A DNA stretch of 64,000 nt, taken from the NCBI RefSeq assembly GCF_902713615.1, contig NC_052161.1:31447908-31511907 (forward strand). Reading direction: 5' to 3'. The translations under genes and the position numbers were made by a program. Shown piece by piece: positions 36,549 through 50,179 of the stretch; position 1 is the first letter of the stretch; each line of letters starts with the position of its first letter. Below the pieces are notes generated by a model. That model made no database searches. It saw nothing but the letters and a program-made list of their open reading frames with translations, and was not told the DNA's origin. Source of the stretch: Scyliorhinus canicula (Eukaryota).

Positions 36549-37771
36549 AAAGTCAAATTCACTGGGTCACCATTGCGCACACACTCCCCTGCTCTCACCC
36601 ATTGAGCTGTACAGCTGAAACCTTCTGTACTTTCTTCAGTTAAAACAGCCAATTAAAACTGCAATGATTTTAATAATTTTCACCTTTGAATTTGATGGAA
36701 AAATAATCGTTGGAAGGATTGAATGATTTCCGCTTAACGCATCAACAGCTGTCCATCTAATCTTCCAGCTTCTAGCGCTATTAAAAGTAGATGGCAGCAG
36801 TGAGACACTCACAAGTTAGCATAAAAACATTTTGAAATGTATGATTTTCTTGGGTATTGATATTATTATTCTGCAGTACAAAATTCAGAATATTAGTGTA
36901 CAATTTTGGAACAGTTCACATTTTTACTTAACAGTCCCAAAAGTATGAAGATTCAACAACATATAGGTTAGTATTCATAGTTTTTAATCTTTGCAACTAA
37001 AAAATAATGAAAAATATTGAAAATGAGACACCCAAATTTGCTGGTACGAGATTCCTAGTACTCTCTAGAGTGCATTTGTGTTCCTAACAACAGAACGCCT
37101 CATACCAGTGCAGGTGACACCAGCTATGCCATTGAAAGTTTGACGAAAAGTCGAATTACAGCTTGGTATGCCATTAGCCTTTTTTCTCCAAAGATAAATC
37201 TATAGAACCAGAGAATAGTACATTCAATATGACACATGAATACTTTGGTATAAAATTAAGGTTTTAGAAATAAACAAGCAACATTTTTTTAAAATTCAAA
37301 CCTGAACAGAAAGCATTAAAATTACTTTGTATATCACAGGCATAGCAGCTCAGCTGAAATTAAATGAAGTGCAAGTTATTTTATTCACTTGATTTGAAAA
37401 AGTTTAAAAATGGACAAGTGGTCCAGTCACATATGTGTTATGGGATGACCCTTGGAAATGAACAATTTCAATAGCACAGACACATTTATGTTTCAATAAA
37501 ATTCATCTAGAAATAAATTATCTTCATGTGTGTTTGTATAGTCTTGATTTTAAATTGGTTTGCAATCCAATAATTCCAACAAACTGAAAAATCATCATGA
37601 ATAGAAAACTGCAAGATTTAGCAATAACTGCAAATGGAGCAGTTTGGTGTTCTCAGATGATCTTGCATGACCACAACTTGCTTCTGGATGAGTTTACTGG
37701 CCATTACTTAAAATTTACTTTTCTCGCTCTCTTCTTGCACCAATAAAGATTTGCCTTTCATGACACAATTT

Positions 37772-38760
37772 GGGGCTAAATTGGATAACAATAATAATAA
37801 TAATCTACTATTGTCACAAGTATGAAGTTACTGTGAAAAGCCCCTAGTCACCACATTCCAGCGCCTGTTCGTATAAGCTGGTACAGGAATTGAACCCGCG
37901 TTGCTGGCCTTGGTCTGCATTACAAACCATCTGTCTAGCCCACTGAGCTAAACCAGCCAGCCCCCCAAATTGCATTGCGCAATTACTCTGTTCCTGATCA
38001 GTGTAATGCAGAGTAAGAAGTCTTAATGCAGGTAACACCTCAACTTTGTGCTACTGGCTCGTTATGATTGTTCCCTGCAAGCAGCACTAACCATAGTATT
38101 CATTGACTACACACATCAGCAGGAGGTCCAGTATCGTTAGTGCTCATTAAAGCTAGCTTGCAACAGACAAATGGATGTGCTGCTTGGTTACTGAAGGTGC
38201 TGACATTGTTTCTGTGCAGCGAAGAAAAACAAGCATGGTAGAGTGCTGCCTGGTTATGAAGCACTGAACTGAAGGTCTGGTGAAGGGGGTGGAATGGAGG
38301 TGAAATGTCTTGCACCTGAAGCGGCGGGGGAGGCCTTCTAGACACACAATACAAAGGGAATGGCAGAAAGAAGAAGGTAGCCATGAAGATGAATGTCATG
38401 AGTTCAGATCCAAGGACCTGGATGTACTGCTGCAAGAGGTTAATAAATTCAGGAGTGGTGACTCAATCTTCAAATGCCACACCCTACTAACTGCATGACC
38501 AAGCCTCAGACACTGTTCAATTCACACCATCCTCCTAACATGCATCTATCAACAATCTCTATCGATCACAACTCATAGTGAACATCCATTTTTTTTACCT
38601 CACCATAACAAAATAAACACTATTGCAAGCCTCTTCCCAAATCTCACACACTTAACATCGACTGCTAAGTATTCAACCATGACAGTAACACTGGCCAAAC
38701 ATATTTCACAGTACTCAGCTAGCTTTTCTGTCTCTAGCAGACAAAGTTACCAACCGCCGC
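37772..38760 (+). mobile_element. Old Harbinger-like element fragment with a Myb/SANT remnant (about 38240-38450)
   Basis: Frameshifted LVKGVEWR*NVLHLKRRGRPSRHTIQREWQK/VAMKMNVMSSDPRTWMYCCKRL fits the W...RT..C.K pattern of Myb/SANT-like domains. Right boundary uncertain. Confidence 0.6.
37786..37963 (-). mobile_element. Short tRNA-derived SINE with (AAT)n tail and no V-domain
   Basis: A box TAGCTCAGTGG and B box GGTTCAATTCC; tail shared with 9181-9453 and 39108-39402. Confidence 0.85.
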
Positions 38761-39107
38761 GGATTTTATGGGACCAGCCATATCTGGTAGCTCCCCAAAA
38801 ATCTCAACCCAATTCAACCCACCACCCAACCTGGCTATATGTCGACTCTTCCAGATTCAAGTTGAGAAACTGCTTCCTGAATACCAGGAGCAGACCCAGT
38901 TCTCTCATTGGGAATTCTTCTCCTTCCAAACCTCTTCTGGCAGCTTGTCCTGTTCTATGTTGTCTCTGAAGCTGTTGTCTGTGAAGCTAAATTCCAAGAG
39001 GGAGGCCTGCAAGTACATCCATGTTGGGAAGCAACTGGTTTGTAGAGAAGTAAATCCCGGGACCTGATGCCCTACAGCCTACAGTTCCAAATGAGACAGC
39101 TGGAGCA

Positions 39108-39402
39108 GTATTATAATATTATTTTATTAGTGTCACAAGTAGGCTTACATTACGCTGCAATGAAGTTACTGTGAAAATCCCCTAGTCGCCACACTCTGGC
39201 ACCTGTTCGAATACACTGAGGGAAAATTCAGAATGCCAATTCACCTAACAAGCACGTCTTTCGGTGCTTGTGGGAAGAAATCGGAGGAAACCCACACGGA
39301 CATGGGAGAACATGCATACTATGCACGACAGTGACCCAAGCCAGAAATCGAATCTGGATCCCTGGCGCTGTGAAGCAACAGTGCTAACCACTGTGCTACC
39401 AT
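39108..39402 (-). mobile_element. V-domain SINE, (AAT)n-tailed subtype
   Basis: Same structure as 9181-9453. Confidence 0.88.
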
Positions 39403-41062
39403 GGTAGCTACGATTTTCCAAAGTTCCTGAGATTCAGGAATGGCCCCATTAGGTTGGAAGTTGACAAATGTCACATCACTTTTCAAGAAAGGAGGGAGAG
39501 AGAAAACAGTGAACTACAGGCCAATTACCATCACATCAGTTGTTGGAAAATTGCTGGAATCAATTATTAAGGAAGCCCTAACTGAGAAATCCACTTGGAA
39601 AAGATCATGGATGCATTGATAGCCATTTTCCAAATGATTTTAGAACTGTGCCAAAGGATTGGAAAATTGCCAATGTGATACTCTTGTTCAAAAAAAAAGA
39701 GGCAAAATGCAAGAAACTACAGGCCAGTTAGTTTAACTTCAGTTAATCGAAAAATATTAGAATAGGTTATTCAGGAGAGATTAGCGGTGCATTTGGAACG
39801 CCGTAATCTGATCAAGCAGAGTTGGCATGGTTTCATGAATGGGAAATCATGTCGAAAAATACTTTACATGAGAGTTCTTTGAGGAGGCATCAGCCAGCGT
39901 ATATAATGGGGAACCTTCAATTGATGTATATTTGGATTTCAAAAGGCATTTGATAAGATGCCATACAAAATGCTCCTATGAAGGAGGAGGTGGTGGAGGA
40001 GGTGGCTCCTATGGTGGTGGAGGTAATATTCTAGCATGGATGGAGGATTGGCTAACTAACGGGCAGCAGCAAGTAGCTGTAATGGGGTCTTTCTCAAGTA
40101 GGAGGGCAGTAACCAGTGAAGTGCCACAGGGATCAGGACTGGGACCGCACCTCTTCACAATAAATAGTAATGGGTTGGAGGGAAGAACAGAGTGTACTGC
40201 AGCCACATTTGCAGATAATACAAATGTGGGAGGGAAGGCAGGTTGTAAGGAGCATATGAATAGTTTACAGAGAGAAATTGACAGGCTGTTGAGTGGGCAA
40301 ATGAAATTCAATGCGGGAAAATGTACATTTTGGAAGAAAGAATGAGAAGGCGGATTCTTATTTAAATGGAGAGAGACTGCAGAAAGCTGTAGCACAAAGG
40401 GATTTGGGGGTCCACACTTGTGAAATCCAGAAACCTAGCTTACAGGTGCAGAAGGTAATAGGTAAGGCAAATGGAATGCTGGCTTTTATTTCAATGGGAC
40501 TGGAATATAAAAGTAAAGAGGTGCTGCTGCAACTGTTCAAGGTACTACTGTAGTGAGGCCACATTTAGAATACTGGGTACAGTTTTGGTCCCCTTTATTA
40601 AGAAAATAGATATTATCAATGGAGGCAATACAGAGGTTTACTAGGATGATCCCAGTTATGGAGGGACTGCCATACAAGGTCTGTACTCCTTGGAGTTCAG
40701 AATGTGGGATGAAATGATTAAAACATATAAGATCCCTAGGGGTTAGACAGGGTAAATGTTGGGAGGATGTTTCCACTCATGGGAAACCAGAGGGCACAGG
40801 CGCAGAATAAGAGAATGCTTATTGGAGACAGATTTAAGGGAGAATATCTTCTCTCAAACAGTGGTGAATCTTTGGAATTCTTTACCCCAGGAAGCTGTGG
40901 AGGCAGAGACTTGAACATTTTCAAGGCCGAGATCAATCAGTTTTTAATCAGTAGGGGAATTAAGGGTTACAGAAGTGAGTGTTGGATCAGCCGTGATCTT
41001 ATTAAATGGTGGAGCAGGCACGAAGGACTGAATGTCTTACTCCTGTTCTTATTTCTTATGGT
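39403..41062 (+). mobile_element. CR1-type LINE fragments (two juxtaposed copies) running to a 3' tail
   Basis: NYRP motif twice; ORF 39932..40345 (SEVPQGSGLGPHLF...TFADNT); ORF 40311..40553. Confidence 0.88.
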
Positions 41063-41177
41063 TAGAACAAGTCAACATGGTTTTACTGAATGAAATCCTA
41101 TTCAACAAATTAAGTAGTATTTTGTGGGTGTAATTAGTAGGGTAGGTAAAGGGAAACCAGAAGATGCAGTACATCCG

Positions 41178-41622
41178 GGGCTGGATTCTCTGTTTTTGGG
41201 ACTAGGTCCCCACGCTGTCGTAAAAACTATGGCCTTTCACGCCAGAAAAACTGGCATGAAAGGGCCACATATTCATAGCCATGCAGGGGGCTAGCAGTGA
41301 ACCATCGTAAAACTAGCAGCTTTTGCTGCAGATATGGGCCCCCGCACTACTGGGTCAGAGGTCGCGCCGTGCTCTATGGCGGACTCAGACCGCGGAGCTG
41401 GACCTTAAACATAGTGCCCCCATTCGGCCGCGTGCACGACCCGGACCGCCTGTCCGTCGGTGGCGGATAATGGCGGGGTGGGCCTCCAGCAATGGCCGCA
41501 GGTAGGCGATATGGCCCGGAGAATCGGGGAACCGGCAACAGACCCGATTCCATGCGGGGAAATGGATTCTCTGCCCCGGCCCCAGTTGCGATTTCGGCGT
41601 TGGGGTGCGGAGAATCCAGCCC
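41178..41622. mobile_element. GC-rich Harbinger-type MITE
   Basis: TIR gggctggattctct / ggagaatccagccc; TSD CCG/CTG inside a CR1 fragment. Confidence 0.85.
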
Positions 41623-42184
41623 CTGATTTCCTTTTCTGAGGCTTTTAATCATAATTAAGACTTCTATTATGATGAGATCATGAGGCTTCCATGGCAAAGT
41701 CAAAATGTTTATTTGAATATGGAACAATAAAGTAATACATAAGACAGCTGATACATAAGTTCTAGATTGAATAGATTTGAATTATGAAATATAGTATAGA
41801 AGGTGAAGTTTAAATACGTAACTCACTCAATTCTTTCAAATCACAAATAGTATGGTTTGCAGACTTAGGTGGGCCTGAGAGTGACCAGTTCTTCAAATTC
41901 ACCACCCGTCCCCGGAAGATGCCATACAGAGGATACATGTATCCTTTCTGATATGATACCAGTTAGCAAAGATGTCTCAGGAACCTCTATTTCTAGCCAC
42001 AAAGTCACCATGACCGCATTTTGAATTAGGTCTACTGTAATTTTACAATTGCTCAGTTTCATTGTTGAATTACTTTCACTGGATTTTAGCCATCTGCATA
42101 CATTGTCAATCTAAGGAACAATGTATCTTTCGCAGTTTTTCTTATTTGACTCCACAATTATGTATTTGCTTTCTCAACTTTGAC

Positions 42185-42622
42185 TTAGAAATATAGAAAG
42201 TAGGAGCAGGAGCAAGCCGATCCGTCCTTCAAGCCTGCTCCACCATTCATTATGATCGTCGAACTCAATAGCATAATTCCGCTTTTCTCCCATATCCATT
42301 GATCCCCTTTGCCCCAAGTGCTATAATCTATCTGCTTCTTGAAAACATATAATGTTTTAGCCTCAACTACTTCCAGTGGTAATAAATTCCACAGGCTCAC
42401 CACTCTCTGGGTGAAGAAATTTATCCTCAACTTTATCCTAAATGGTCTGCCCCAAATCCTCAGACGGTGACCTGGTTCTGGGCATACCCACCATCAGAAA
42501 AATCCTTCCTGCATTTACCCTGTCTAGTCCTGTTAGAATTTTATAGGTTTCTATAAGATCCCCCCACATCCTTCTAAACTCGAGCGAATATAATCCTAAA
42601 TGATTTAAGCTCTCCTCATATT
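42185..42622 (-). mobile_element. CR1-type LINE 3' end
   Basis: ORFs 42185..42430 (FFTQRVVSLWNLLP) and 42438..42668 (LGLYSLEFRRMWGDLIETYKIL). Confidence 0.9.
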
Positions 42623-42623
42623 T

Positions 42624-42995
42624 TAGAAACATAGAACATACAGTGCAGAAGGAGGCCATTCGGCCCATTGAATCTGCACGGACCCACTCAAGCCCTCACT
42701 TCCAACCTATCTCCATAACCCAATAACCCCATCTAACCTTTTTGGACACTAAGGGCAATTTATCATGGCCAATCCACCTAACCTGCACGTCTTTGGACTG
42801 TGGGAGGAAGATGTGCAGGTTAGGTGGATTGGCCATTCTAAATTGCCCTTAGTGTCCAAAATAGTTAGGTGGGGCTACTGGGTTACGGGGATAGGGTGGA
42901 GGTCTGGGCTTGGGTAAATTGCTCTTTCCAAGGGCCGGTGCAGACTCGATGGACCGAATGGCCTCCTTCTGCGCTGTAAATTCTATGATTCTATG
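42624..42995. repeat. Two HE1-like SINE 3' halves fused head-to-head (inverted repeat, 14-nt spacer)
   Basis: 42624-42793 (-) and 42808-42995 (+); spacer tggactgtgggagg. Confidence 0.9.
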
Positions 42996-44160
42996 AAAAC
43001 AAGCTGACAGACCTTTGAATATAACCCTACCATAACAACATAACTACTCATGATTAATTACTAATTCTTCAGTCAGAACTTAATTGAAATACACTTAGCC
43101 AATCAACTATCTCTGGTTGTTTACTAATTATACAGTCATTGATTAGGAATATAAAATGATATTTCTTTTGTCCAATATTTAGCACAAAATGGCTTCTTTA
43201 TCCCATTGTTCGTACAAAATAACCTCTTCACATTGTTAGCTTACTACAGTGAATATAATATGAAAAGAGTCTATAAATGGTTTTAGGAAACTATTCTTAT
43301 CATAAAGACTTATTAAAAATATTATAAACTTAAAAGTGCAAACATTCAGAGACAGTTCTGCCGATTAGGGTTAATTCTGCGGCTTGCTGCCAAGATACGT
43401 TGCTTCAAATTAATCTATTTCTTTTGGCATGTGTTTTAGTACGTTACCACAGTTATAGGCACTATCTCTACAGTGCTTCAACAGCTAAACCAAATATATT
43501 AAATATTACGAGTATACACTGTCTTTGCTACCCATAAATAGAAAAATCAATTTTAAGATGTCTTTTAAGTCACTTTCTGAACCCAAGATGGTTGTAACTA
43601 GCTGTGTTGACATAATTCACTGAAAGTTAGTTGAATTATCTTAAAACTGGCGTAAAAATGACTCAAAACATCTTTCGGCTCTGTCAGCAAAATATGTAGT
43701 TCCAAGATAGCAGGCCTAGAATAGCAAATCCGCATTGCATGCCGGTTGACATCATGATCTACTTAATCGACACGCTTAGGGTGGATATTAACCTTGGCGT
43801 GCCAATTCCTTTACCAAGATGGCAGCTGACATACTTTCCATCAGAAGTATGTGGGTGCCCTGCAGCCACAATCATTCCAGCATTCAGAACTCCAAAAATG
43901 GATATGAGAGCCAATCTCAGAAACTCGCCACCACTCTAAATGTCACATGATCCTCCTTCAAAATATCAGAGAACTTTGGCACCAAACTATATTTAAATTT
44001 CTTAGCCACGTGGAGAACCCAGTATTTAGTGACTTTGTGTTGTGCATAGCTGGAGCATCTCATGTCAAAATATAATGAAATATCCCATTGCACATGTTTG
44101 TAAAATATATCCCTCCTTATAGGGTGTTGAATTTAGATGAAATATGCTAATTTATTTTCA

Positions 44161-44385
<225 letters not shown>

Positions 44386-45472
44386 TCATGTATTATATTT
44401 CTTCTAGGTTCAGCATTTTAAACCTCATTCTTTCTCATCCACCCTCTTGATACAAGGAGAATGGAAAACAACAAGAATGTGCCAATTTAGAAAGGGGACT
44501 GCATTCAGAAAATCATCTCAATCAACACTTGAAGCCTCTATTCTGTCACCATCTCCTCTTTTTAAGTGCCTGATCTGAAATTCAAACAGCCTGTGATTAA
44601 AGGCCCTATTTAGCAGTTTCTGGTTAATATTCATGCATCCTATTTTTTTAAAAACAGAGATCAGTGCCTGGGTCATCCCCAGCTGGGTAGAACACAGCAA
44701 AACAAGCAAGAATTAGGGCATTTTCCTCCTTTGGTCTTTAACAAGCGAAAGGAAAGACTTTTCAGGCTGCAGAGTTAATTCATATGCAAATACACAACCT
44801 GCACGAATAGAAGTACAAAGTTATCTCTTCTGCAGAGTCTTTGAATTTAGATTACATGTGCACTTGTACTGAATGGGAGAAAAATAATGAAAAACTGTAT
44901 TAATCATGGACGATTAAAGTACTACATATAGATAAAGAAAAGGAGAAATACCAATGTTTTAAAATTTAATTTCGAGTTGCTCCAACCTGCTTTAGAAGTC
45001 CATTCAGAACAGCATTTTCTATACTAAACCAATAGAATACAATGCTCTCTTAATACTTCAAAGCAGCTTTCTGCTGAAAGAATTGAACTAAGCTGTGGAA
45101 CAAAACGCAGCCAAGTGCAAATTAAGTGATAAAAGTAAGTGATAATTTGAGTTAATAATTTTAAATGAAAGAGATTAAACTTTATTATGAATTCTGAATT
45201 AGCTAGATGGTTAGCTAGATGGAATTTTGGCAGGATCTAGGGAGCTTCTGTATTCCCAAAATGCAGAGTTCAAGCATGTTCGGGCTATTGTACTGACAAT
45301 CACAGTTTTGTACAGTGCACACAGTTGCTGTTATAGGTGGTGAATTACACAAACTCAATTTATTACCAAAAAACTTAGCATTTTTATTATTTCTACAAAA
45401 TAATGGAGGAGAAGAACTGGAACAGAATCGGTCCTATCAACATAACATTTATGCAAATATGTTGAGCATAAA

Positions 45473-45736
45473 TGTGTAGTGGTAACATCACTGGATTAGT
45501 AATGCAGGCTAATGCTCTAGGGACATGGGATAAAATTCCACCATGGTAGCTGGCGGAATTTAAATTCAATTAATAGAAATCTGGAATGAAAGGCTAGTCT
45601 CAGAAATGGGGGCCATGGCAACTATCATCTGGCTCACTAATATCCTTTAGTAAAACGAATGTACCGTTCTTACCTGGTCTGGCCTACGTATCACTCTGGA
45701 TCTACAGCAACATGGTTGACTCTTAATTGCCCTCTT
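45473..45736 (+). mobile_element. tRNA-derived SINE of a further family, truncated by an LTR
   Basis: gtagtggtaacatcactggattagtaat...tctggctcactaatatcctttag...ggttgactcttaattgccctct. Confidence 0.65.
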
Positions 45737-46698
45737 GTCATGACACCCTGGGTCAGTTCCAGCCCCACTTGACCCACAGCTGGGACGCAGATGAAATTAC
45801 ATTTTATTTAAAATACCCAAGATATTTGGTTGAGCCCAATAAACTACAGTCACCAGGGCCGGGATTCTCCCCTACCCGGCGGGGCGGGGGGTCCCGGCGT
45901 AGCGGAGTGGCGCCAACCACTCCGGCGTCGGGCCTCCCCAAAGGTGCGGAATTCTCTGCACCTTTAGGGGCTAGGCCCGCGCCGGAGTGGTTTCTGCTCT
46001 GCCAATGGCGCAAAAACCGGCGCCAACGGCCTTTGGCGCTACGCCGCCCGGCCCGACCCTTTGCCGGTCCTCGCATGCGCGGTGCGTCAGCGGCCGCTGA
46101 CGTCACCACCCGCGTATGCGCGGTTGGGGGGGTCTCTTCCGCCTCCGCCATGGTGGAGGCCGTGGCGGCGGCGGACGAAAAGGAGTGCCCCCACGGCACT
46201 GGCCCGCCGGCCGATCGGTGGGCCCCGATCGCAGGCCAGGCCACCGTGGGGGCACCCCCAGGGGTCCGATCGCCCCGCTCCCCCCCCAGGACCCCGGGGG
46301 CCCGCTCGCGCCGCCAATCCCGCCGGCACCAGAGGTGGTTTATACCACGTCGGCGGGATTGGCCTGTCATCGTCGGGACTTTGGCCCATCGCGGGCCGGA
46401 GAATCGCCGCGGGGGGCACGCCGACCGGCGCGGCGTGATTCCCGCTCCCACCGATTCTCGGGTGGCGGAGAATTCTGGCCACGGCGGGGGCGGGATTTAC
46501 GCCTGCCCCGGGCGATTCCCCGACCCTGCGGGGGGTCGGAGAATTCCGCTCCAGGTTTGCAACTTTGGAACACAAGCAAACTTTTATTATGTACAGTATT
46601 GTAATTAAGCAGACAGAAAATGTAACTGACTATCTAATACCCCTACCCCAACTCCCTCCCTTTTCAAATTCACCCCACCCTCTATATACACACACACG
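45737..46698 (-). mobile_element. Truncated LTR fragment hosting a MITE
   Basis: Starts TGTCATGA; minus-strand poly(A) signal at about 46583; breaks off at (AC)n. Confidence 0.5.
45857..46551. mobile_element. GC-rich Harbinger-type MITE (695 bp)
   Basis: TIR ggccgggattctcc / ggagaattccgctc; perfect TSD CAG (45854-56, 46552-54). Confidence 0.9.
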
Positions 46699-47157
46699 GA
46701 GTATCTGCTTTTTACCATGACCAAGTTCAGTTGGAGCTCAGGAAAACACAGGATTTATTGTAACCAATAGTTGATAAGGATCAAATAGCATATTGTTTGT
46801 TACCATACTGGGATGCTCTTGGTCATATACATCAACTTTGCTATTTCTTTAGCAGACAGGCTTTTAAATTTGAACCAAAACAGTAGTAGGTACAAATAAT
46901 ATGGAAATTCTTCTACATAATTTGAAAGTTGCATTTTTTGCAAGACATCTTTACTGTGGTGATTTAATTTAATAGGCATGGTGGCCATATATCCTTCATT
47001 ATTTTTAACATTATTGTAGAACTCCAATGAACAGGGGGGAAAGGTTTGTTGGATGTCAACGTTAAATGCGTCATTTCTGTTTTGTAAAATTTCAGAGCAT
47101 ATCTTACACATGCTACTGAACAAGTTTGAGCAGTGAGTCAAAGTCCCACTCTCGAAA

Positions 47158-47385
47158 GGCAGCACGGTGGCACAGTGGATAGCACTGCTGCCTCACGGCG
47201 CCAAGGTCTCTAGTTCGATCCCGGCTCTGCGTCACTTTTCATATGGAGTTTGCACACTCTCCTCGTGTTTGCGTGCGTTTCGCCCCCACAACCCAAAGAT
47301 GTGCAGGATAGGTGGATTTGCCACGTTAAATTGCCACTTAATTTGAAAAAAATGAATTGGGTACTCTAAATTTATTTTTTTTAAA
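47158..47385 (+). mobile_element. Short-tailed V-SINE inserted in a Deu-type SINE
   Basis: Flanking repeat gtcccactc (47143-51, 47387-95). Confidence 0.9.
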
Positions 47386-47749
47386 TGTCCCACTCGGGCT
47401 CAATTACAAAAATCAAGGTTAACACTGCAGTGCAGTACGGATGGAGTGTTATGCTGCTGGAGGTGTCGTCTTTCAGATCTTTCTATCCTCTTAGGTGGAC
47501 ATTAAAGATTCCATTGAACTATTTCAAGAAAGAGCAGGGGAAAAATCCCCAGTGCTATGGCCAATATTCTTCTTCAATCAACATCCCAAAAAACAGATTA
47601 TCTGGTCATTATCACATCGCTGTTTGTGGGAGTTTGCTGCCTGCAAATTAGCTTCTGAACTACATTTCTAAAAGTACTTATTTTGTTGTAAAGCACTGAG
47701 ATGTCTGCTGGTAATGAAAAGTGCTGAATAAATGCAGGTCTTTCTTTTT
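47386..47749 (+). mobile_element. Deu-domain-type SINE body
   Basis: ggaggtgtcgtctttcagat...aagaaagagcagggg...aacagattatctggtcattatcacatcgctgtttgtggg...aaatgcaggtctttcttt. Confidence 0.8.
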
Positions 47750-48012
47750 GGTCTCTATCGGGATTGAATTTATAACAATAGCAGGCCTAAAATGAGTGAG
47801 ATAACGGATATTGACTGTAGTATAACACTCCATTTCTCAAATACCGTTAGGCTTCAGCTAATCGAGACACTTTCACTTTTGACAACAGCTAGCCATCTGA
47901 ATGAACTGCATTTCACACTTCGATGAGTCTTGTTACTATTGATTTTGGATTATGATTTTCCATCCGAATATAATTTGGATGAGTTAAGCCATCCCTGTAT
48001 AACAAACAGACA

Positions 48013-48236
48013 CATAGAATCCCTACAGTGCAGGAGACCATTCGGCCCATTGAGTCTGCACTGACCCTTGGAAAGAACACCCTATCTAGGCCCACGCCCC
48101 CACCCTATCCCCATAACCCCAGTTAATCTTTTGGACACTAAGGGGCAACGTCCACACTGTCAGCCGAGGCCAGAATTAAACCCGAGTCACTGGTGCTGTG
48201 AGACAGCAGTGCTAACCACTGTGCCACCATGCCGCC
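48013..48236 (-). mobile_element. HE1-like SINE, internally deleted
   Basis: Tail and head present; most of the V-domain missing. Confidence 0.85.
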
Positions 48237-48282
48237 TGATTCAAGTTTGATAGGACACAAGTTTAATGTTGGCACCTCTAAT

Positions 48283-48577
48283 CGTGGTTCTCAAACTGAG
48301 CTCCCGCAGGCACTCTCCAGGGGATGCACAGAACAATATGAAAGTGCAAACTGCCACAATGCACTGCAGAGGTGTGTCGGTTGTCTCTCCTGGGAGGGGA
48401 GCATGCCTCAAAGAGTGCTCTCAGGTATTACAGTTAAAACCTAGTTTTTAAAAGCATTATTAAACACACTCTGCAGCACTTACGTAGAACATGTGTTGTA
48501 TAATATTATAACTTAGGATGGCAGGATTTCATTCATATGCAAATAGGTCCTTCAATAAAACAGGTTTGAGAATACTG
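48283..48577. mobile_element. hAT (Charlie-type) MITE
   Basis: TIR c-gtggttctcaaact / ggtttgagaatactg; flanks ctctaat / ctctatt. Confidence 0.7.
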
Positions 48578-50179
48578 CTCTATTACACATCATTTTAAAA
48601 GCATATTCACCGTAGTAAATAATGAATCAGAACAAAGATTACTCAAGAAACACAAAATTGTGTTATGCAATGCACGAAATATGAACACTAATAAATGTTT
48701 TCTTTCTATTGGCGGGTATCAAATTTTAAAAAACGTAAAAGATAAAGATGAATATAAACGAGTGGGTACAATAGCTATCTGGAAAAACAACATTTTCAAA
48801 CGCCAAATAAAATTAGATTCAAAATTAACATTATTGTATCATGACAATAATACCACAACTTTCTCCAGATTTGGAATTCTAAAGGCCACGCATGCATTGT
48901 GAATGCCAGCCATAACGATCACTGCAGGAGCTCTTTTATCATAGTGAAATTATATTGCATAAAGTGTGTGCTGATATTCTTGTTAATTATCGACTGGCAT
49001 GGATGGATAAATGTGTTTCAGCTCAAATTTTCAATCCAAGCAAGTTTTATGAGTAGATAGCTTACAAAGTGTCTGCTTTTTTACCATAACCAAGTTCAGT
49101 TGGAGCTCAGGAAAACACAGGATTTCTTGTAACCAATAGTTGATAAGGATCAAAGAACTATGGAGTTCAGGCTGACTCCTTAAATTCTCCAGAAAACAAG
49201 TGTCTACACCACAAAAATCCTTTAATTTGGCATCTAATTTAAGCCTTAGTTCTGCAAGGCCATATGATGAGGCTATAGAAAGAACAAGATGGCACTGCTC
49301 TCCAGGATTGGTTTGTTAATTCAAAACATTTAATGCAAGGCAGCATTCTTTTCTTCAGGAAGTATTTGCAGTAGAAAATTCCCAAGTGAAAAAGGTAGCC
49401 TGAATGCAGCTTTTGACAGCAACAATACCACAGTGACCACCACAAATAAAAGCACATAATGAAAGCAACAGGCCTTGTATTAAACTCACAATTAACATTG
49501 AATTCCACATTAAATTTTGAAAAATAAAACATATTACGGGTCATGAGAAAAGCAGATACCTTTTTTCAGTCATTGTGCACCATGAAAGAAGCAACTGTGG
49601 AGTTCATATGCTATTCATACTCACATCAGGTTGTACAAGACCTGCAAGAGGGTCCTATCCTTGCCATTAAAACACAATATTTAATCTTTCCGAAATGTTC
49701 TTTGTTTTTGATATCTATAGTTGCATAATCTGTACTGTCTTTTTGGAATGCAGAAATTGTGCATTCTACTGAACTGAATAAACAAGATTGATTTATGTCA
49801 CTCTTTAATTTTAAAATTAGAACTTCAGTGCAGACAGACAGCGCACTGCATTGTTAACAATAGAAATACTGTATTGACAGTTTTTTTGTGTTCTGAGTAT
49901 CCTGCACCCTGGAATAAATTATTGAAAATAAGGCTATAGAAAGCTATAGAAAATTAAGCTAGTGGAAAGGGAACAGAAGGCTAATTACTTCTATACTATA
50001 TAACACTCAATTGCAAACATATTATTTATCTAACAAGCACAGACAAAACAATGACTTGACTGCTGTTGCGTTATTTGGACAATTCTGCCAATGAAGGTGT
50101 CACATTTTTCTCAGTTTATTTGCTATCCACATTATGCCCGTGTTAAGCTCATTTTGTCCATGACACCCACCCTCTTGCT

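Noticed and set aside
37878-37963. tRNA-like sequence with A and B boxes
   Set aside because: It runs directly into a SINE tail shared with other copies and has no convincing cloverleaf, so it is a SINE head.
43739-43939. 66-aa ORF in unique sequence near the ATE1 exon (also 41865-42062 and 61040-61249)
   Set aside because: No recognisable homology or convincing splice signals.
45727-46608. 293-aa ORF and overlapping ORFs in several frames (likewise 14276-14977, 15553-16492, 59381-60054)
   Set aside because: They fall in GC-rich MITEs where stops are rare, are R/P/G/A-rich, are open on both strands and show no domain.
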